DNA from: an uncultured Gammaproteobacteria bacterium | GTDB taxonomy: Bacteria > Patescibacteriota > Microgenomatia > CAZETR01 > Amesbacteraceae | Assembly (NCBI GenBank): GCA_964358085.1 | Contig: CAYHNU010000003.1 | Span: 1 to 39,952 of the forward strand | Direction of reading: 5' to 3' | DNA: 39,952 bases | Part shown: in pieces, positions 18,242-28,348 of the stretch | Layout of the letters: each line of letters opens with the position of its first letter | Numbering within the stretch: the first letter of the stretch is position 1 | Made by a program: the position numbers and the translations under genes | The notes under the pieces: generated by a model | Database searches by the model: none | Seen by the model: the letters and a program-made list of their open reading frames with translations, nothing else | What the model was told of the DNA's origin: nothing

Positions 18242-20500
18242 ATGCAATATATCAAATGGTTTAAGGATTTATCCAAAGAGGATATCGCCATCGCTGGCGG
18301 TAAGGGAGCGAATTTAGGCGAGCTGACCCAGGCCGGCATTCCCGTTCCACCCGGTTTCGTCGTCTTATCTTCGGCTTACTATAAATTCCTGGAAGACAAC
18401 AAACTCCGTCCCCAAATCCACCGTATTTTAGCCACTTGTGATGTTCTGGATCCGGCCCAGCTGGAACCCGCTGCCAAAAAAATTCAAAAGCTCATGGCCG
18501 CCGCCACCGTACCCGCAGAAGTAGCCCGAGACATATTTAAATCTTACGCCAAGCTCGGTTCCAAGTCCGCCGTGGCGGTCCGCTCTTCCGCCACTGCCGA
18601 GGATTTGCCGGAAGCCTCCTTTGCCGGTCAACAAGAATCGTATCTAAATGTCATCGGCGATGCCAACGTAGTAACCAAAGTCAAGGCCTGTTGGATTTCC
18701 CTTTTCGGTGCCCGGAGTATTTTTTACCGGGCCCAGCAGAAATTCGACCATTTCAAGGTCGGTATCGCCGTTCCGGTGCAAACCATGATCCAGTCCGAAA
18801 TTTCCGGCATCATTTTTACCGTTGACCCCATATCCGGTGACCGGGACAAAATCATTATCGAAGCCATTTGGGGATTAGGGGACTATATTGTCCAGGGAGT
18901 AGTCACTCCCGATCATTTTTCCGTGTCCCGCGCCACCAACAAAATCGTTGACAAAAATATTTCTACCCAGGAAATTATGGAAATCAGAAACCACCAAGGA
19001 GTTAAACAAGTCAAGGTCCCATCCCGTTTGCGCTCCGTTCAAAAAATTTCCGACGCTTCAGTTATTAAGCTGGCAGAATACGGCCAAAAAATTCATCAAC
19101 ACTATTTCTTTCCCCAAGATATCGAATGGGCTATCGCCAAAGGAAAGATTTATTTCACTCAATCCCGCCCCATAACCACACTATCGAATAAAACCGTTAC
19201 CGAATCACCGAACACCGAACACCGAGAACCGATATTGAAAGGCGCCCCTGCATCACCAGGTATTATTTCCGGCCCAGTCAAAATAATTTTAGATATTAAA
19301 AATATCGGCCAGGTCAAAAAGGGCGACATTATGGTTACAGACATGACCACTCCGGATTTCGTCCCCGCCATGAAGCGGGCCGCCGGAATCATTACTAATC
19401 GCGGCGGACTTACATCTCACGCTGCCATCGTTTCCCGCGAATTGGGTGTTCCTTGCATAGTCGGTACTACCGTGGCCACCCACACTCTCAAAGACGGTCA
19501 AATTGTCACTCTCAACGGTTCCACCGGCGAAATTTTCAAAGGCGCCCTCCATCTTCCTTCCGTCTCTCTGACCGCTCCGCAATCCGAAAACCGACTTCCG
19601 ACTAACCTGAAGACTGCAACCAAGCTTTACGTCAATCTCGCCGAAACAGAATTAGCAGATAAAATCGCTTCCGAAAACGTGGACGGTGTAGGTTTATTAA
19701 GGGCTGAATTTATGATCGCCGGCATAGGCACCCACCCCAAGAAGCTCATCGCCGACAAAAAAGAAGAGGAATTTGTTTCCAAGTTGACGGAGGGTCTGGT
19801 CACTTTTTGCCGCGCCTTCCATCCCCGTCCCGTCATTTATCGGGCTACTGATTTCAAAACCAATGAATACAGGTCACTTAAGGGCGGCCAGCTCTACGAA
19901 CCCGAAGAATCCAACCCTATGCTCGGATTCCGCGGCGCTTACCGCTACATCACCCACCCCGAAGTTTTTCAGCTGGAATTAGAAGCCATCAAGCGGGTGA
20001 GAAACCGTCACAAACTCACTAATTTGCATCTTATGATTCCCTTCGTCCATACTCCGGCGGAAATGTTAGAGGTCAAAAAACAAGTCACAGCTTCCGGTCT
20101 AATCCGCGGCAATTCCTTCAAGTTATGGATGATGGTCGAAATTCCCAGCAACGTCATTCTCTTGGACGAATTTATAGACGTAGGCATTGACGGCGTGTCT
20201 ATCGGTAGTAACGATCTCACAATGCTCATTATGGGAGTCGACAGGGATAATTCGGAAGTAGCTCCGGTTTTCGATGAGCGCAATCCCGCCGTCCTTTGGG
20301 CTTTGGAAAAAATTATCAAAACTTGTCTGAAACGCAACATCACTTGCGGTATCTGCGGCCAAGCTCCCTCCCAATACCCGGACCTAGTCGAAAAGTTAGT
20401 TTCCTGGGGCATCACCAGCATCTCCGTTAACCCCGACGCTATTGCTCGCACCCGGGAACTTGTTTACAATAGTGAATTAAGATATGTCCGCCAAGCTTAA
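18242..20500 (+). CDS. ppsA: Phosphoenolpyruvate synthase
   Basis: GGKGANLGEL, VAVRSSATAEDL..ASFAGQQ, GGLTSHAAIVSRELG, GVGLLRAEF, SIGSNDLT. Confidence 0.96.
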   Translation: MQYIKWFKDLSKEDIAIAGGKGANLGELTQAGIPVPPGFVVLSSAYYKFLEDNKLRPQIHRILATCDVLDPAQLEPAAKKIQKLMAAATVPAEVARDIFKSYAKLGSKSAVAVRSSATAEDLPEASFAGQQESYLNVIGDANVVTKVKACWISLFGARSIFYRAQQKFDHFKVGIAVPVQTMIQSEISGIIFTVDPISGDRDKIIIEAIWGLGDYIVQGVVTPDHFSVSRATNKIVDKNISTQEIMEIRNHQGVKQVKVPSRLRSVQKISDASVIKLAEYGQKIHQHYFFPQDIEWAIAKGKIYFTQSRPITTLSNKTVTESPNTEHREPILKGAPASPGIISGPVKIILDIKNIGQVKKGDIMVTDMTTPDFVPAMKRAAGIITNRGGLTSHAAIVSRELGVPCIVGTTVATHTLKDGQIVTLNGSTGEIFKGALHLPSVSLTAPQSENRLPTNLKTATKLYVNLAETELADKIASENVDGVGLLRAEFMIAGIGTHPKKLIADKKEEEFVSKLTEGLVTFCRAFHPRPVIYRATDFKTNEYRSLKGGQLYEPEESNPMLGFRGAYRYITHPEVFQLELEAIKRVRNRHKLTNLHLMIPFVHTPAEMLEVKKQVTASGLIRGNSFKLWMMVEIPSNVILLDEFIDVGIDGVSIGSNDLTMLIMGVDRDNSEVAPVFDERNPAVLWALEKIIKTCLKRNITCGICGQAPSQYPDLVEKLVSWGITSISVNPDAIARTRELVYNSELRYVRQA
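19193..19234 (+). repeat. In-frame ACCGAAC-type heptamer array in PpsA linker
   Basis: accgtt accgaatc accgaac accgaac accgaga accgata (TVTESPNTEHREP). Confidence 0.8.
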
Positions 20501-21743
20501 AACTTTATACGCCCGGGAAATTCTTAATTCACGGTCCATTCCTACTATCGAGGCTGTGGCTATTTTAGACGACGGTTCCTTAGGCGTCTCTTCTGTCCCC
20601 TCCGGAGCCTCTGTAGGCACTTATGAGGCTTTGGAGTTGGTGGACAACGACCCCAGCCGCTATCTGGGTAAAGGAGTCTTGACAGCCGTAAGCCACATCA
20701 ATAATGAAATCGCTCAAAAACTAATTGGCGTTCCTTTCGGCAGCCTAGCCGAAATTGACGAAATTCTCATCAAGCTGGACGGCACCCCTAATAAATCCCG
20801 CTTGGGAGCTAATGCCATTATCGCTGTTTCCATGAGCATGGCCAAAGCCATTGCGGCCAGTTCTAAAATGCCGCTTTATCGTTATATAGCCGCCATCGCT
20901 CAGAATAATCAGCCCCTATTTATCCCTGCGCCGCTTTTTAATATGATCAACGGCGGCAAACATGGGGCTGGCAACTTGGATTTTCAGGAGTTCCACGTCA
21001 TTCCCAACATGCGTCACTCATATTCCGCGGCTTTGGAAACCGGAGCCACCATTTATCAAACCATCAAAAAAATCCTCATCCGCCGTGGAGCCATTCATAG
21101 CGTCGGCGACGAGGGGGGATTCGCACCCAATTTGTTTACCAATTTGGACGCTCTGGAAGTCCTCACCGAAGCCATCACCGAGCAGAATCACAAAGTCGGT
21201 TCCGACGTCGAGCTAGGATTGGACGTGGCCGCCAATTCCATTTACAAAGACGGTCGCTACATCATCAAGGATAGGAGCTCCCCATTGGAGACGATAGAAT
21301 TTATCGACTATCTCAAAGACTTAAACGCCCAGTACCATTTGCGCATACTGGAAGACCCTTTGGCCGAAGATGACTGGAAAGGCTGGACCACCATTACCTC
21401 AACTTTAGGAAACTCTCTAATCATAGTTGGCGATGATCTATTAGTTACTCATCCCGAACGGGTCAAAAAGGGTATCACCGAAAAAGCCTGTAATTCCATC
21501 CTAATCAAACCTAATCAAATTGGCACCATCACCGAATCTATCGCCGTCACCAACCAATCCCGGGCCGCCGGCTGGAAAATCGTCGCTTCTCATCGCTCCG
21601 GCGATACCAACGACCATTTCATTGCCGACTTTGCGGTCGGCGTAGGAGCTGAATACGCTAAGTTCGGCGCTCCCGATCGCGGGGAGCGGGTAGCCAAATA
21701 CAACCGCCTCCTCTCCATCGAAACCGAGCTCAAAACGACATGA
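20484..21743 (+). CDS. eno: Enolase
   Basis: VPSGASVG..EALEL, LGANAI, VGDEGGFAP, VGDDLLVT, SHRSG, ERVAKYNRLL.IE. Confidence 0.97.
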   Translation: MSAKLKTLYAREILNSRSIPTIEAVAILDDGSLGVSSVPSGASVGTYEALELVDNDPSRYLGKGVLTAVSHINNEIAQKLIGVPFGSLAEIDEILIKLDGTPNKSRLGANAIIAVSMSMAKAIAASSKMPLYRYIAAIAQNNQPLFIPAPLFNMINGGKHGAGNLDFQEFHVIPNMRHSYSAALETGATIYQTIKKILIRRGAIHSVGDEGGFAPNLFTNLDALEVLTEAITEQNHKVGSDVELGLDVAANSIYKDGRYIIKDRSSPLETIEFIDYLKDLNAQYHLRILEDPLAEDDWKGWTTITSTLGNSLIIVGDDLLVTHPERVKKGITEKACNSILIKPNQIGTITESIAVTNQSRAAGWKIVASHRSGDTNDHFIADFAVGVGAEYAKFGAPDRGERVAKYNRLLSIETELKTT

Positions 21744-23356
21744 CCTCTGCCCCCAAACCTATTGTTCTGGCCATTCTGGACGGTTGGGGATTGGCCCCTG
21801 CCGGTCCCGGCAACGCCGTCACGGCTGCCAAGACCCCGAATATCACTTCATTCTGGAACGCCTACACCCACACCCAGCTCATCGCCCACGGCGAATCAGT
21901 AGGCCTACCCAAATCCGAACCAGGCAATACCGAAACCGGTCATTTAAATCTGGGCGCCGGCCGAATTGTGTATCAGGATCTGCCCCGCATCAACATGTCC
22001 ATCGCCGATGGGACTTTTTTCCAGAATTCCCAATTTCTGGGAGCCGTCAAGCATCTGACCGATAATTCTTCCCGTCTGCACCTGCTGGGCCTGGTCGGCG
22101 GCGGCGGAGTCCATTCCGATCTCACCCATCTTTTCGCTCTCCTGCGTTTCTGCCACGAGCAACACGTTTCTCATGTCTATTTGCACTTTTTTACAGACGG
22201 TCGGGATTCTCCTCCCTCGGCCGCTATGACCTACATCAATCAAGTTCGGGAAGTCATGTCCCGGGAAGGTGTAGGTAAAATTGCCTCCATCATGGGCCGG
22301 TATTATGCCATGGACCGGGATTTTCGCTGGGACAGAACCGCCAAAGCTTACGTTTGCCTAACTAAAGGAGAAGGTAAACGGGCCGATTCTGTGGACACCG
22401 CCATCAGCCAATCTTATTCGGCCAACAAAACCGACGAATTTATAGAACCCACAATCATAGATCCCGAAGGAATTGTTAAATCAGGTGATGCCGTAATTTT
22501 TTACAATTTTAGAATCGACCGCCCCCGCCAGTTAACCAAAGCTTTTGTCCTGCCCAATTTCGAAGAAACGGCCAATCACGTCGGCTTTGATCCCTACGCC
22601 GTTAAATACACCGCTAAGCACGTTGAAGACGTTTCCAGCAAGCCTCAACCTTTTGTCCGCGGTCCTCAAATTCCCAATATATATTTTGTCACCATGACCG
22701 AGTACGAGCAAAACCTACCGGCCCACATTGCCTTCCCGCCCCAAATAGTGGGATACCCCTTAGGCGGAGTGATATCAGACGCTAATCTGCGTCAGCTCCG
22801 CTTATCTGAATCAGAGAAAGAACGCTTTGTCAGCTATTATTTCAATGGCCAACGCGAGCAGGCTTTCCCCGGAGAAGACCGGCAAATAATTCCTTCACCC
22901 AAAGTTCCCACCTACGACAAAAAACCAGAAATGTCTGCTTCAGAAGTTACACAAACGGCCATCTCCAAAATCCAGTCCGGAACTTACGATGTAATTATTC
23001 TCAACTTCGCCAACCCAGACATGGTTGGTCACACCGGCAACCTCAAAGCTACTATCAAGAGTTGTGAGATAGTGGATACTTGTATCGGTGATCTCTCCCG
23101 AACAGTGTTAGCTGTTGGAGGTGTATTGATTATCACAGCTGATCACGGTAATGCCGAGGAAATGATTAACCCCAGCACTCACGGTACCGACACCGAACAC
23201 AATGCTAATCCCGTGCCTTTCATTCTAATCGGAAACGACTTTCGCACCGCCACCCAAATTTCCCAGGGTATTCTCGCCGATGTCGCCCCTACTATTCTTT
23301 CCCTGCTTAAAATACCTGCCCCCTCCTCTATGACAGGGCGTAATTTACTACGATAG
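21740..23356 (+). CDS. gpmI: 2,3-bisphosphoglycerate-independent phosphoglycerate mutase
   Basis: ILDGWG, GNTETGH.NLGAGR, DGRD, GRYYAMDRD, NFANPDMVGHTG, TADHGNAE. Confidence 0.96.
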   Translation: MTSAPKPIVLAILDGWGLAPAGPGNAVTAAKTPNITSFWNAYTHTQLIAHGESVGLPKSEPGNTETGHLNLGAGRIVYQDLPRINMSIADGTFFQNSQFLGAVKHLTDNSSRLHLLGLVGGGGVHSDLTHLFALLRFCHEQHVSHVYLHFFTDGRDSPPSAAMTYINQVREVMSREGVGKIASIMGRYYAMDRDFRWDRTAKAYVCLTKGEGKRADSVDTAISQSYSANKTDEFIEPTIIDPEGIVKSGDAVIFYNFRIDRPRQLTKAFVLPNFEETANHVGFDPYAVKYTAKHVEDVSSKPQPFVRGPQIPNIYFVTMTEYEQNLPAHIAFPPQIVGYPLGGVISDANLRQLRLSESEKERFVSYYFNGQREQAFPGEDRQIIPSPKVPTYDKKPEMSASEVTQTAISKIQSGTYDVIILNFANPDMVGHTGNLKATIKSCEIVDTCIGDLSRTVLAVGGVLIITADHGNAEEMINPSTHGTDTEHNANPVPFILIGNDFRTATQISQGILADVAPTILSLLKIPAPSSMTGRNLLR

Positions 23357-24011
23357 TAATTTCACCTCGATATACTCCGTCATCCGGTCCAATATACTCA
23401 TGAATTTTGGTCAGCTCCCTGGCAATTATTATTTCTGCACCCGGGCATCTTTCTCTAAGTAACTTAAGCGTCTTAGGCGCCCTAACGGGCGATTCGTAAA
23501 TCACGGTCGTGACATTTGGCAAAATCTCGTATTTATCATTCCAAAATCCCAAAAACATAAATCTGTCAGTCGGTAGTCCCGCCGCCGATAGGCCCGCCGT
23601 TAATGCCGACGGTCCTGGAATCGGAATCACTCTAAATCCCGCCGCCCGAACTACACTCACCACTTTATAACCGGGGTCCGATATTAGCGGTGTCCCCGCA
23701 TCAGACACCAGCGCCACATCTCCTCTTTGCAGTTCTTTAATCAAGGTTTCTACTGTTTTGGCTTCATTCCAATCACGAACGGAGACGAATTTCTTCGTCG
23801 AAGTGAGAGATACCAAAGGACCCTGCGCGTTAGCGTCAGGAAGAATTCCTTTGGTATCACGATATCTCTCTCCTAAAATTTTAATCAATTGTCCCGTTCT
23901 CCTCGTATCCTCACACGCAATTACAGAAGTTTCAAGTAATATCCTCTTAGCCCTGATCGTAATATCTTCCAGATTGCCAATAGGAGTCGCTACCACATAT
24001 AATGTTCCCAT
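23328..24011 (-). CDS. rsmI: 16S rRNA C1402 2'-O-methyltransferase
   Basis: LYVVATPIGNLEDIT.RA, CEDTR, ALVSDAGTPLISDPG, PIPGPSA, YESP.R, RELTKIHE. Confidence 0.95.
   Translation of the reverse strand: MGTLYVVATPIGNLEDITIRAKRILLETSVIACEDTRRTGQLIKILGERYRDTKGILPDANAQGPLVSLTSTKKFVSVRDWNEAKTVETLIKELQRGDVALVSDAGTPLISDPGYKVVSVVRAAGFRVIPIPGPSALTAGLSAAGLPTDRFMFLGFWNDKYEILPNVTTVIYESPVRAPKTLKLLRERCPGAEIIIARELTKIHEYIGPDDGVYRGEITIVVNYALS
23803..23860. repeat. In-frame hairpin insertion in rsmI
   Basis: gataccaaagga (23809-23820) / tcctttggtatc (23847-23858), with inner cctg-cgc-gtta-gcg-t-cagg. Confidence 0.8.
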
Positions 24012-24029
24012 ATATGAATTTTAGCATTT

Positions 24030-24686
24030 ATGCAATTTCTTAAATTTCTCATTGATTTCATTTTGCACATCGATGTTCACCTGGGGGAGTTGATTACCAC
24101 CTACGGAATCCTGACTTACGCGATTTTATTCGTAATAATTTTTATTGAAACCGGTTTGGTTTTCATCCCCTTTCTACCTGGCGATAGCCTGCTTTTCGCC
24201 GCCGGCACATTCTCCGCCATCGGCTCTCTCAATCCTTGGCTCGTTTTTCTACTCCTATCTTTAGCCGCCGTCCTTGGTGATACAGTCAATTACTGGATTG
24301 GCCATTTTTTCGGTCAAAAGATCTTAAACAACCCAAAAATTCCTATAAACCAGGAACACGTAGACAAAACTAATCAATTCTTTGCCAAACATGGGGGCAA
24401 AACAATATTTTTGGCCAGATTCGTTCCCATCATCCGCACCTTTGCTCCATTCGTAGCCGGAATCGGAAAAATGGACTATTCAAAATTTATTTTCTACAAC
24501 ATCTTTGGCGGCATCGTCTGGGTGGGATTATTCACTTTTGCCGGTTATTTCTTTGGCAATGTTTCATTCGTAAAGCACAACTTTTCTCTGGTCATTCTCG
24601 CCATCATCATTCTCTCAATCGTCCCCATGCTCCTCCACTTTCTCCAAAACCTCAAGAAAAGCCCTTCCACCCCTGGGGTGGAATAG
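24030..24686 (+). CDS. dedA: DedA family membrane protein
   Basis: IFIETGLV..PFLPGDSLLFAAG, LGDTVNYWIG, ARFVPIIRTFAPFVAG. Confidence 0.93.
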   Translation: MQFLKFLIDFILHIDVHLGELITTYGILTYAILFVIIFIETGLVFIPFLPGDSLLFAAGTFSAIGSLNPWLVFLLLSLAAVLGDTVNYWIGHFFGQKILNNPKIPINQEHVDKTNQFFAKHGGKTIFLARFVPIIRTFAPFVAGIGKMDYSKFIFYNIFGGIVWVGLFTFAGYFFGNVSFVKHNFSLVILAIIILSIVPMLLHFLQNLKKSPSTPGVE

Positions 24687-24699
24687 GTTCGCTACCTCT
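24665..24699. repeat. REP-containing left end of RAYT element
   Basis: ttccacccc-t-ggggtggaa + 7 nt + gctacctct. Confidence 0.85.
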
Positions 24700-24714
24700 G
24701 GTATTATAAATCTT

Positions 24715-25389
24715 GTGGCCAGTAGAACCACTCCCCTAGTAACTAACGAGTATTACCATGTCTTTAATCGCGGAGTTGCTCGCCAGCCTATCTTTTCCCT
24801 ACGACATGATTACCAACAAGCCCTTCTCGCAATTGAATATTACCGTTTTTCAAAACCTCCTATCAAACTGTCACGCTTCAAAACTCTAGCTCAAGGCGAA
24901 AAAAATAAATTAATGTCTTCCTTAAATCAGGACCACCCCAAATTAACAAAAATTATTAGCTACTGCTTCATGCCTAATCATTTTCACCTGTTGCTTCGTC
25001 AAGTTGCCGACGACGGTATTTCAAAATTTGTTGGGCAACTTAGCAATAGCTATACACGCTATTTCAATACCAAGCATTCTCGCGTCGGTCCGCTGTTTCA
25101 AGGACCATTTAAATCTGTTCATGTCGAATCTGAAGAACAACTAATACATTTATCCAGGTATATTCATTTAAATCCCTATGTTTCTTCAGTAGTTCGAGAG
25201 ACTGAATTAACCTGCTATCCCTGGTCATCCTATCGGGATTATCTCAAGGGCGGCTCGAATTTCGTAGATTTGTCGCCAGTATTGTCTCGTTTTAAATCAA
25301 TATCCGAATATCAATTATTTGTTTCCAATCATGCAGATTACGCCCGTGAGTTAGAATTCATCAAACACCTCACCCTAGATACCGGCTAA
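24715..25389 (+). mobile_element. REP-associated tyrosine transposase (RAYT, Y1 HUH)
   Basis: YYHVFNRG, YCFMPNHFHLLL (HUH), GPLFQGPF, RYIHLNP, YPWSSY; flanked by REP palindromes. Confidence 0.9.
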
Positions 25390-25393
25390 AGTT

Positions 25394-25428
25394 AGAGGTG
25401 GCATATCTTTTCCACCCCAGGGGTGGAA
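25394..25428. repeat. REP-containing right end of RAYT element (inverted)
   Basis: agaggtggc + 7 nt + ttccacccc-a-ggggtggaa. Confidence 0.85.
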
Positions 25429-25486
25429 AATGTTAAGTATCCTCACCATTTCCTCAAAACATTAAAAAAGTGATATACTCTCGCAC

Positions 25487-25705
25487 ATGAGCCTAAGTCG
25501 TGAGATGTTGGAAATGTGTCTACCCTGTTCGCTGTTTAAAAATGGAAAGTGCGCTATTGCGCAATCCCGAGAAATGAATGCAAGGACAGGGTTTTGCGGT
25601 GAAGCCAGAAAAACTAATACCGATGGAAACCGACTGTTAGCTTCAAAAAGAAGACTCATTAGTGGATTCTGGACATGGGGATGGCAAACAAGAGATAAAG
25701 ACTAA
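25487..25705 (+). CDS. 72-aa Cys-containing orphan protein
   Basis: CLPC-x7-C-x14-C; extended -10 TGaTATACT (25471-25479) 7 nt before ATG. Confidence 0.55.
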   Translation: MSLSREMLEMCLPCSLFKNGKCAIAQSREMNARTGFCGEARKTNTDGNRLLASKRRLISGFWTWGWQTRDKD

Positions 25706-26340
25706 TTTATCGTCCCGTTGTACCTACGGATTACGCCTACACACCGGCCTTGGATGCGGACTTTAGTAGTAAAAATAGGGGACATGGTAGAATTTGCCGG
25801 CTCCAGGCGGATTCGGGTGGCTTCCTTAAAGTATCGTTTTAATGTGGCAAACCCATTGTCCAGAAGCGCCACCACCACCTCGCCGTTTTTGGCTTCTTCC
25901 GTCTGCTCGATAACCACATAATCCCGGTCCAGAATTCCGGCTTCCACCATCGAATCGCCTTTGACCTGCAGCACAAAAGCTCTCTTTTTTGGTGAAACCA
26001 TAGTCGGAGGAATTCCCAACACGGCGTTGGGATCGGTATACGGTTCAATTGGCGCGCCTGCCGCGATAAATCCTAAGACCGGTAATTCTACAGAAGCCGG
26101 AGTTTGTGATCTCTGGGCCATTTCTTTTTCCGTAATTTCAATCGAACGCACCGTTCCTTCCCGGCGCTTAATCACTCCTTTTTTCTCCATGGTTTCGAGG
26201 TGTTCGTGAACAGTAGCCAAACTGGATACTCCCAAAGCCTGGGCAATTTCTGCTAAAGTCGGAGAATAACCGTTTCTCTGAATATATTGAGATATGAAGT
26301 CTAAAATTTGCCTTTGCCTCTTGTATAGTGTGACTGGCAT
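25702..26340 (-). CDS. lexA: LexA repressor
   Basis: RQRQILDFI..GYSPTLAEIA wHTH, IAAG cleavage site, GDSM Ser, TLKR Lys; start reassigned to MPVTLY at 26340. Confidence 0.96.
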   Translation of the reverse strand: MPVTLYKRQRQILDFISQYIQRNGYSPTLAEIAQALGVSSLATVHEHLETMEKKGVIKRREGTVRSIEITEKEMAQRSQTPASVELPVLGFIAAGAPIEPYTDPNAVLGIPPTMVSPKKRAFVLQVKGDSMVEAGILDRDYVVIEQTEEAKNGEVVVALLDNGFATLKRYFKEATRIRLEPANSTMSPIFTTKVRIQGRCVGVIRRYNGTIN

Positions 26341-26345
26341 AGTAT

Positions 26346-26375
26346 AATTTAACCCGAATAAAAACCAAATGTCAA
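26346..26375 (-). promoter_or_regulatory. lexA promoter with putative direct-repeat SOS box in the spacer
   Basis: Minus strand TTGACA-tttggtttttattcggg-TTAAATT; TTTGG-N6-TTCGG at 26354-26369. Confidence 0.6.
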
Positions 26376-26395
26376 GGAGCAACTTTAGTTGCGAT

Positions 26396-28348
26396 ATGTT
26401 TAAACTCAAATCTCCATACAAACCGACTGGCGATCAACCGGATGCAATTAAAAAATTGTTAGCTGGGCCAGACCAGCAAGTTTTGCTGGGAGTAACTGGC
26501 AGTGGGAAAACATTTACTATAGCTAATGTCATACAAAAAGTTCAGAAGCCAACTTTAGTTATCTCGCACAACAAGACTTTGGCCGCCCAACTATACCAGG
26601 AATTCAGGGATTATTTTCCGGATAACGCCGTATCCTATTTCGTTTCCTATTACGATTATTATCAGCCAGAAGCCTACATTCCCCAATCCGATACCTATAT
26701 CGAAAAGGAAACAGACATCAACGACCAGATAGACATGCTCCGTTTGGCCGCGACCACCAATTTATTGACCAGAAAAGACGTCATCGTCGTGGCTTCTGTT
26801 TCATGCATCTACAATCTCGGTTCTCCGGCCGAGTACGGTAAGACTATCTTAGAGCTCACCCCCGGTCTTAAAGTAACCCGGGACCAGATCTTCATGCGCT
26901 TAAACGACCTCCAATATTCCCGCTCCGATTACGGCTTTCATCGGGGCACCTACCGCGTCCGCGGCGAAACTATCGACATTTTTCCCGCATATGCAGATGT
27001 CGCCATCAGAGTCGCCCATGACAGTCATAAAATTATCAGCCTGGACAGGTTCGATGCCCTGACAGGCGATCTGATTAGCCACGAAAAAAATATAACCGTT
27101 TATCCGGCTAAACATTATTTGGCAGCCAAAGATAATCAAGCAGAAGTCTTTAAGCAAATCCGCCACGATCTGGAACTTCAGGTGTCTAAGTTTAAATCCG
27201 AGGGAAAAATGCTCGAGGCTCACAGAATTAATCAGCGGGTTAATTACGACCTAGAAATGATAGCTGAGCTGGGTTACGTCAACGGTATTGAAAACTATTC
27301 CCGCTATTTCGATGGCCGCCAAATCGGTGACCCGCCATATTCTTTGATGGATTATTTTCCCAAAGATTACCTGTTAATAGTTGATGAGTCACACATGACC
27401 ATCCCGCAGATCCGCGGGATGTATAACGGCGACCGCTCTAGGAAGCAAACCCTCATAGATTACGGGTTCAGACTGCCGGCCGCTCTGGACAATCGACCGC
27501 TCAAGTTTGACGAATTCATGCGTCGTACAGGCCGGACTATATACTTATCTGCCACTCCGGACGAATGGGAAATTTCTCAATCCGGTAATCACGTCGTAGA
27601 ACAGCTTATCCGCCCCACCGGCCTCGTCGACCCCTCCATTTCTATTCGTTCAACTTCCGGTCAAATTCAAGATCTAATTTCTAATCTCCAATCTCTAATT
27701 TCCAAAGGCCAGCGAGCTCTGGTAACTACTCTCACCAAACGCATGGCCGAGGATTTATCTAGCTACTTGGCCGAACAAGGATACAAAGTCCATTATCTGC
27801 ATTCCGACGTGGATACTCTGGAACGCCTGGATATCTTAGATGATCTGCGCAGGGGTATTTATGACGTCATCGTAGGCATTAATTTGCTGCGTGAAGGTCT
27901 GGATCTACCGGAAGTTTCCCTAGTCGCCATTTTAGACGCCGACAAAGAAGGCTTTTTGAGATCCCGCACTTCACTTATTCAAACCATGGGTCGGGCCGCC
28001 CGGCACGAAGAGGGCCAGGTTATCATGTACGCAGACAAAATTACCAATTCCATGCAAGCTGCCATAGATGAAGTCAGCCGCCGCCGCCAGATCCAGCTAA
28101 ATTACAATACACTACACAACATCACCCCTAAATCCATAACCAAAGCCATCCGTGAGCGTATTGTGGAAAAAGAAATCGAACCTCCAAACATCGACATGTC
28201 CAAAGTCAATCAGCTTACTCCCGAAGATCACACCAAACTTATCAAGCTTATGACAAAACAAATGAACTCCGCCGCCAAAGCCCTGGAATTCGAAGAAGCC
28301 GCCCGTCTCCGCAACCGCATCCGCGAAATCCAACACCTATTAAATTAA
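26396..28348 (+). CDS. uvrB: Excinuclease ABC subunit B
   Basis: PTGDQP, LLGVTGSGKT, YFVSYYDYYQPEAY, DESH, GINLLREGLDLPEV, FEEAARLR; start at MFKLKS. Confidence 0.98.
   Translation: MFKLKSPYKPTGDQPDAIKKLLAGPDQQVLLGVTGSGKTFTIANVIQKVQKPTLVISHNKTLAAQLYQEFRDYFPDNAVSYFVSYYDYYQPEAYIPQSDTYIEKETDINDQIDMLRLAATTNLLTRKDVIVVASVSCIYNLGSPAEYGKTILELTPGLKVTRDQIFMRLNDLQYSRSDYGFHRGTYRVRGETIDIFPAYADVAIRVAHDSHKIISLDRFDALTGDLISHEKNITVYPAKHYLAAKDNQAEVFKQIRHDLELQVSKFKSEGKMLEAHRINQRVNYDLEMIAELGYVNGIENYSRYFDGRQIGDPPYSLMDYFPKDYLLIVDESHMTIPQIRGMYNGDRSRKQTLIDYGFRLPAALDNRPLKFDEFMRRTGRTIYLSATPDEWEISQSGNHVVEQLIRPTGLVDPSISIRSTSGQIQDLISNLQSLISKGQRALVTTLTKRMAEDLSSYLAEQGYKVHYLHSDVDTLERLDILDDLRRGIYDVIVGINLLREGLDLPEVSLVAILDADKEGFLRSRTSLIQTMGRAARHEEGQVIMYADKITNSMQAAIDEVSRRRQIQLNYNTLHNITPKSITKAIRERIVEKEIEPPNIDMSKVNQLTPEDHTKLIKLMTKQMNSAAKALEFEEAARLRNRIREIQHLLN
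27673..27707 (+). repeat. In-frame TCTAATY-type heptamer array in uvrB
   Basis: tctaatt tctaatc tccaatc tctaatt tccaaag (LISNLQSLISK). Confidence 0.85.

Noticed and set aside
26341-26421. ORF-track N-terminal extensions of lexA (26421) and uvrB (26369)
   Set aside because: They overlap each other and the promoter; conserved sequence begins at 26340 and 26396.
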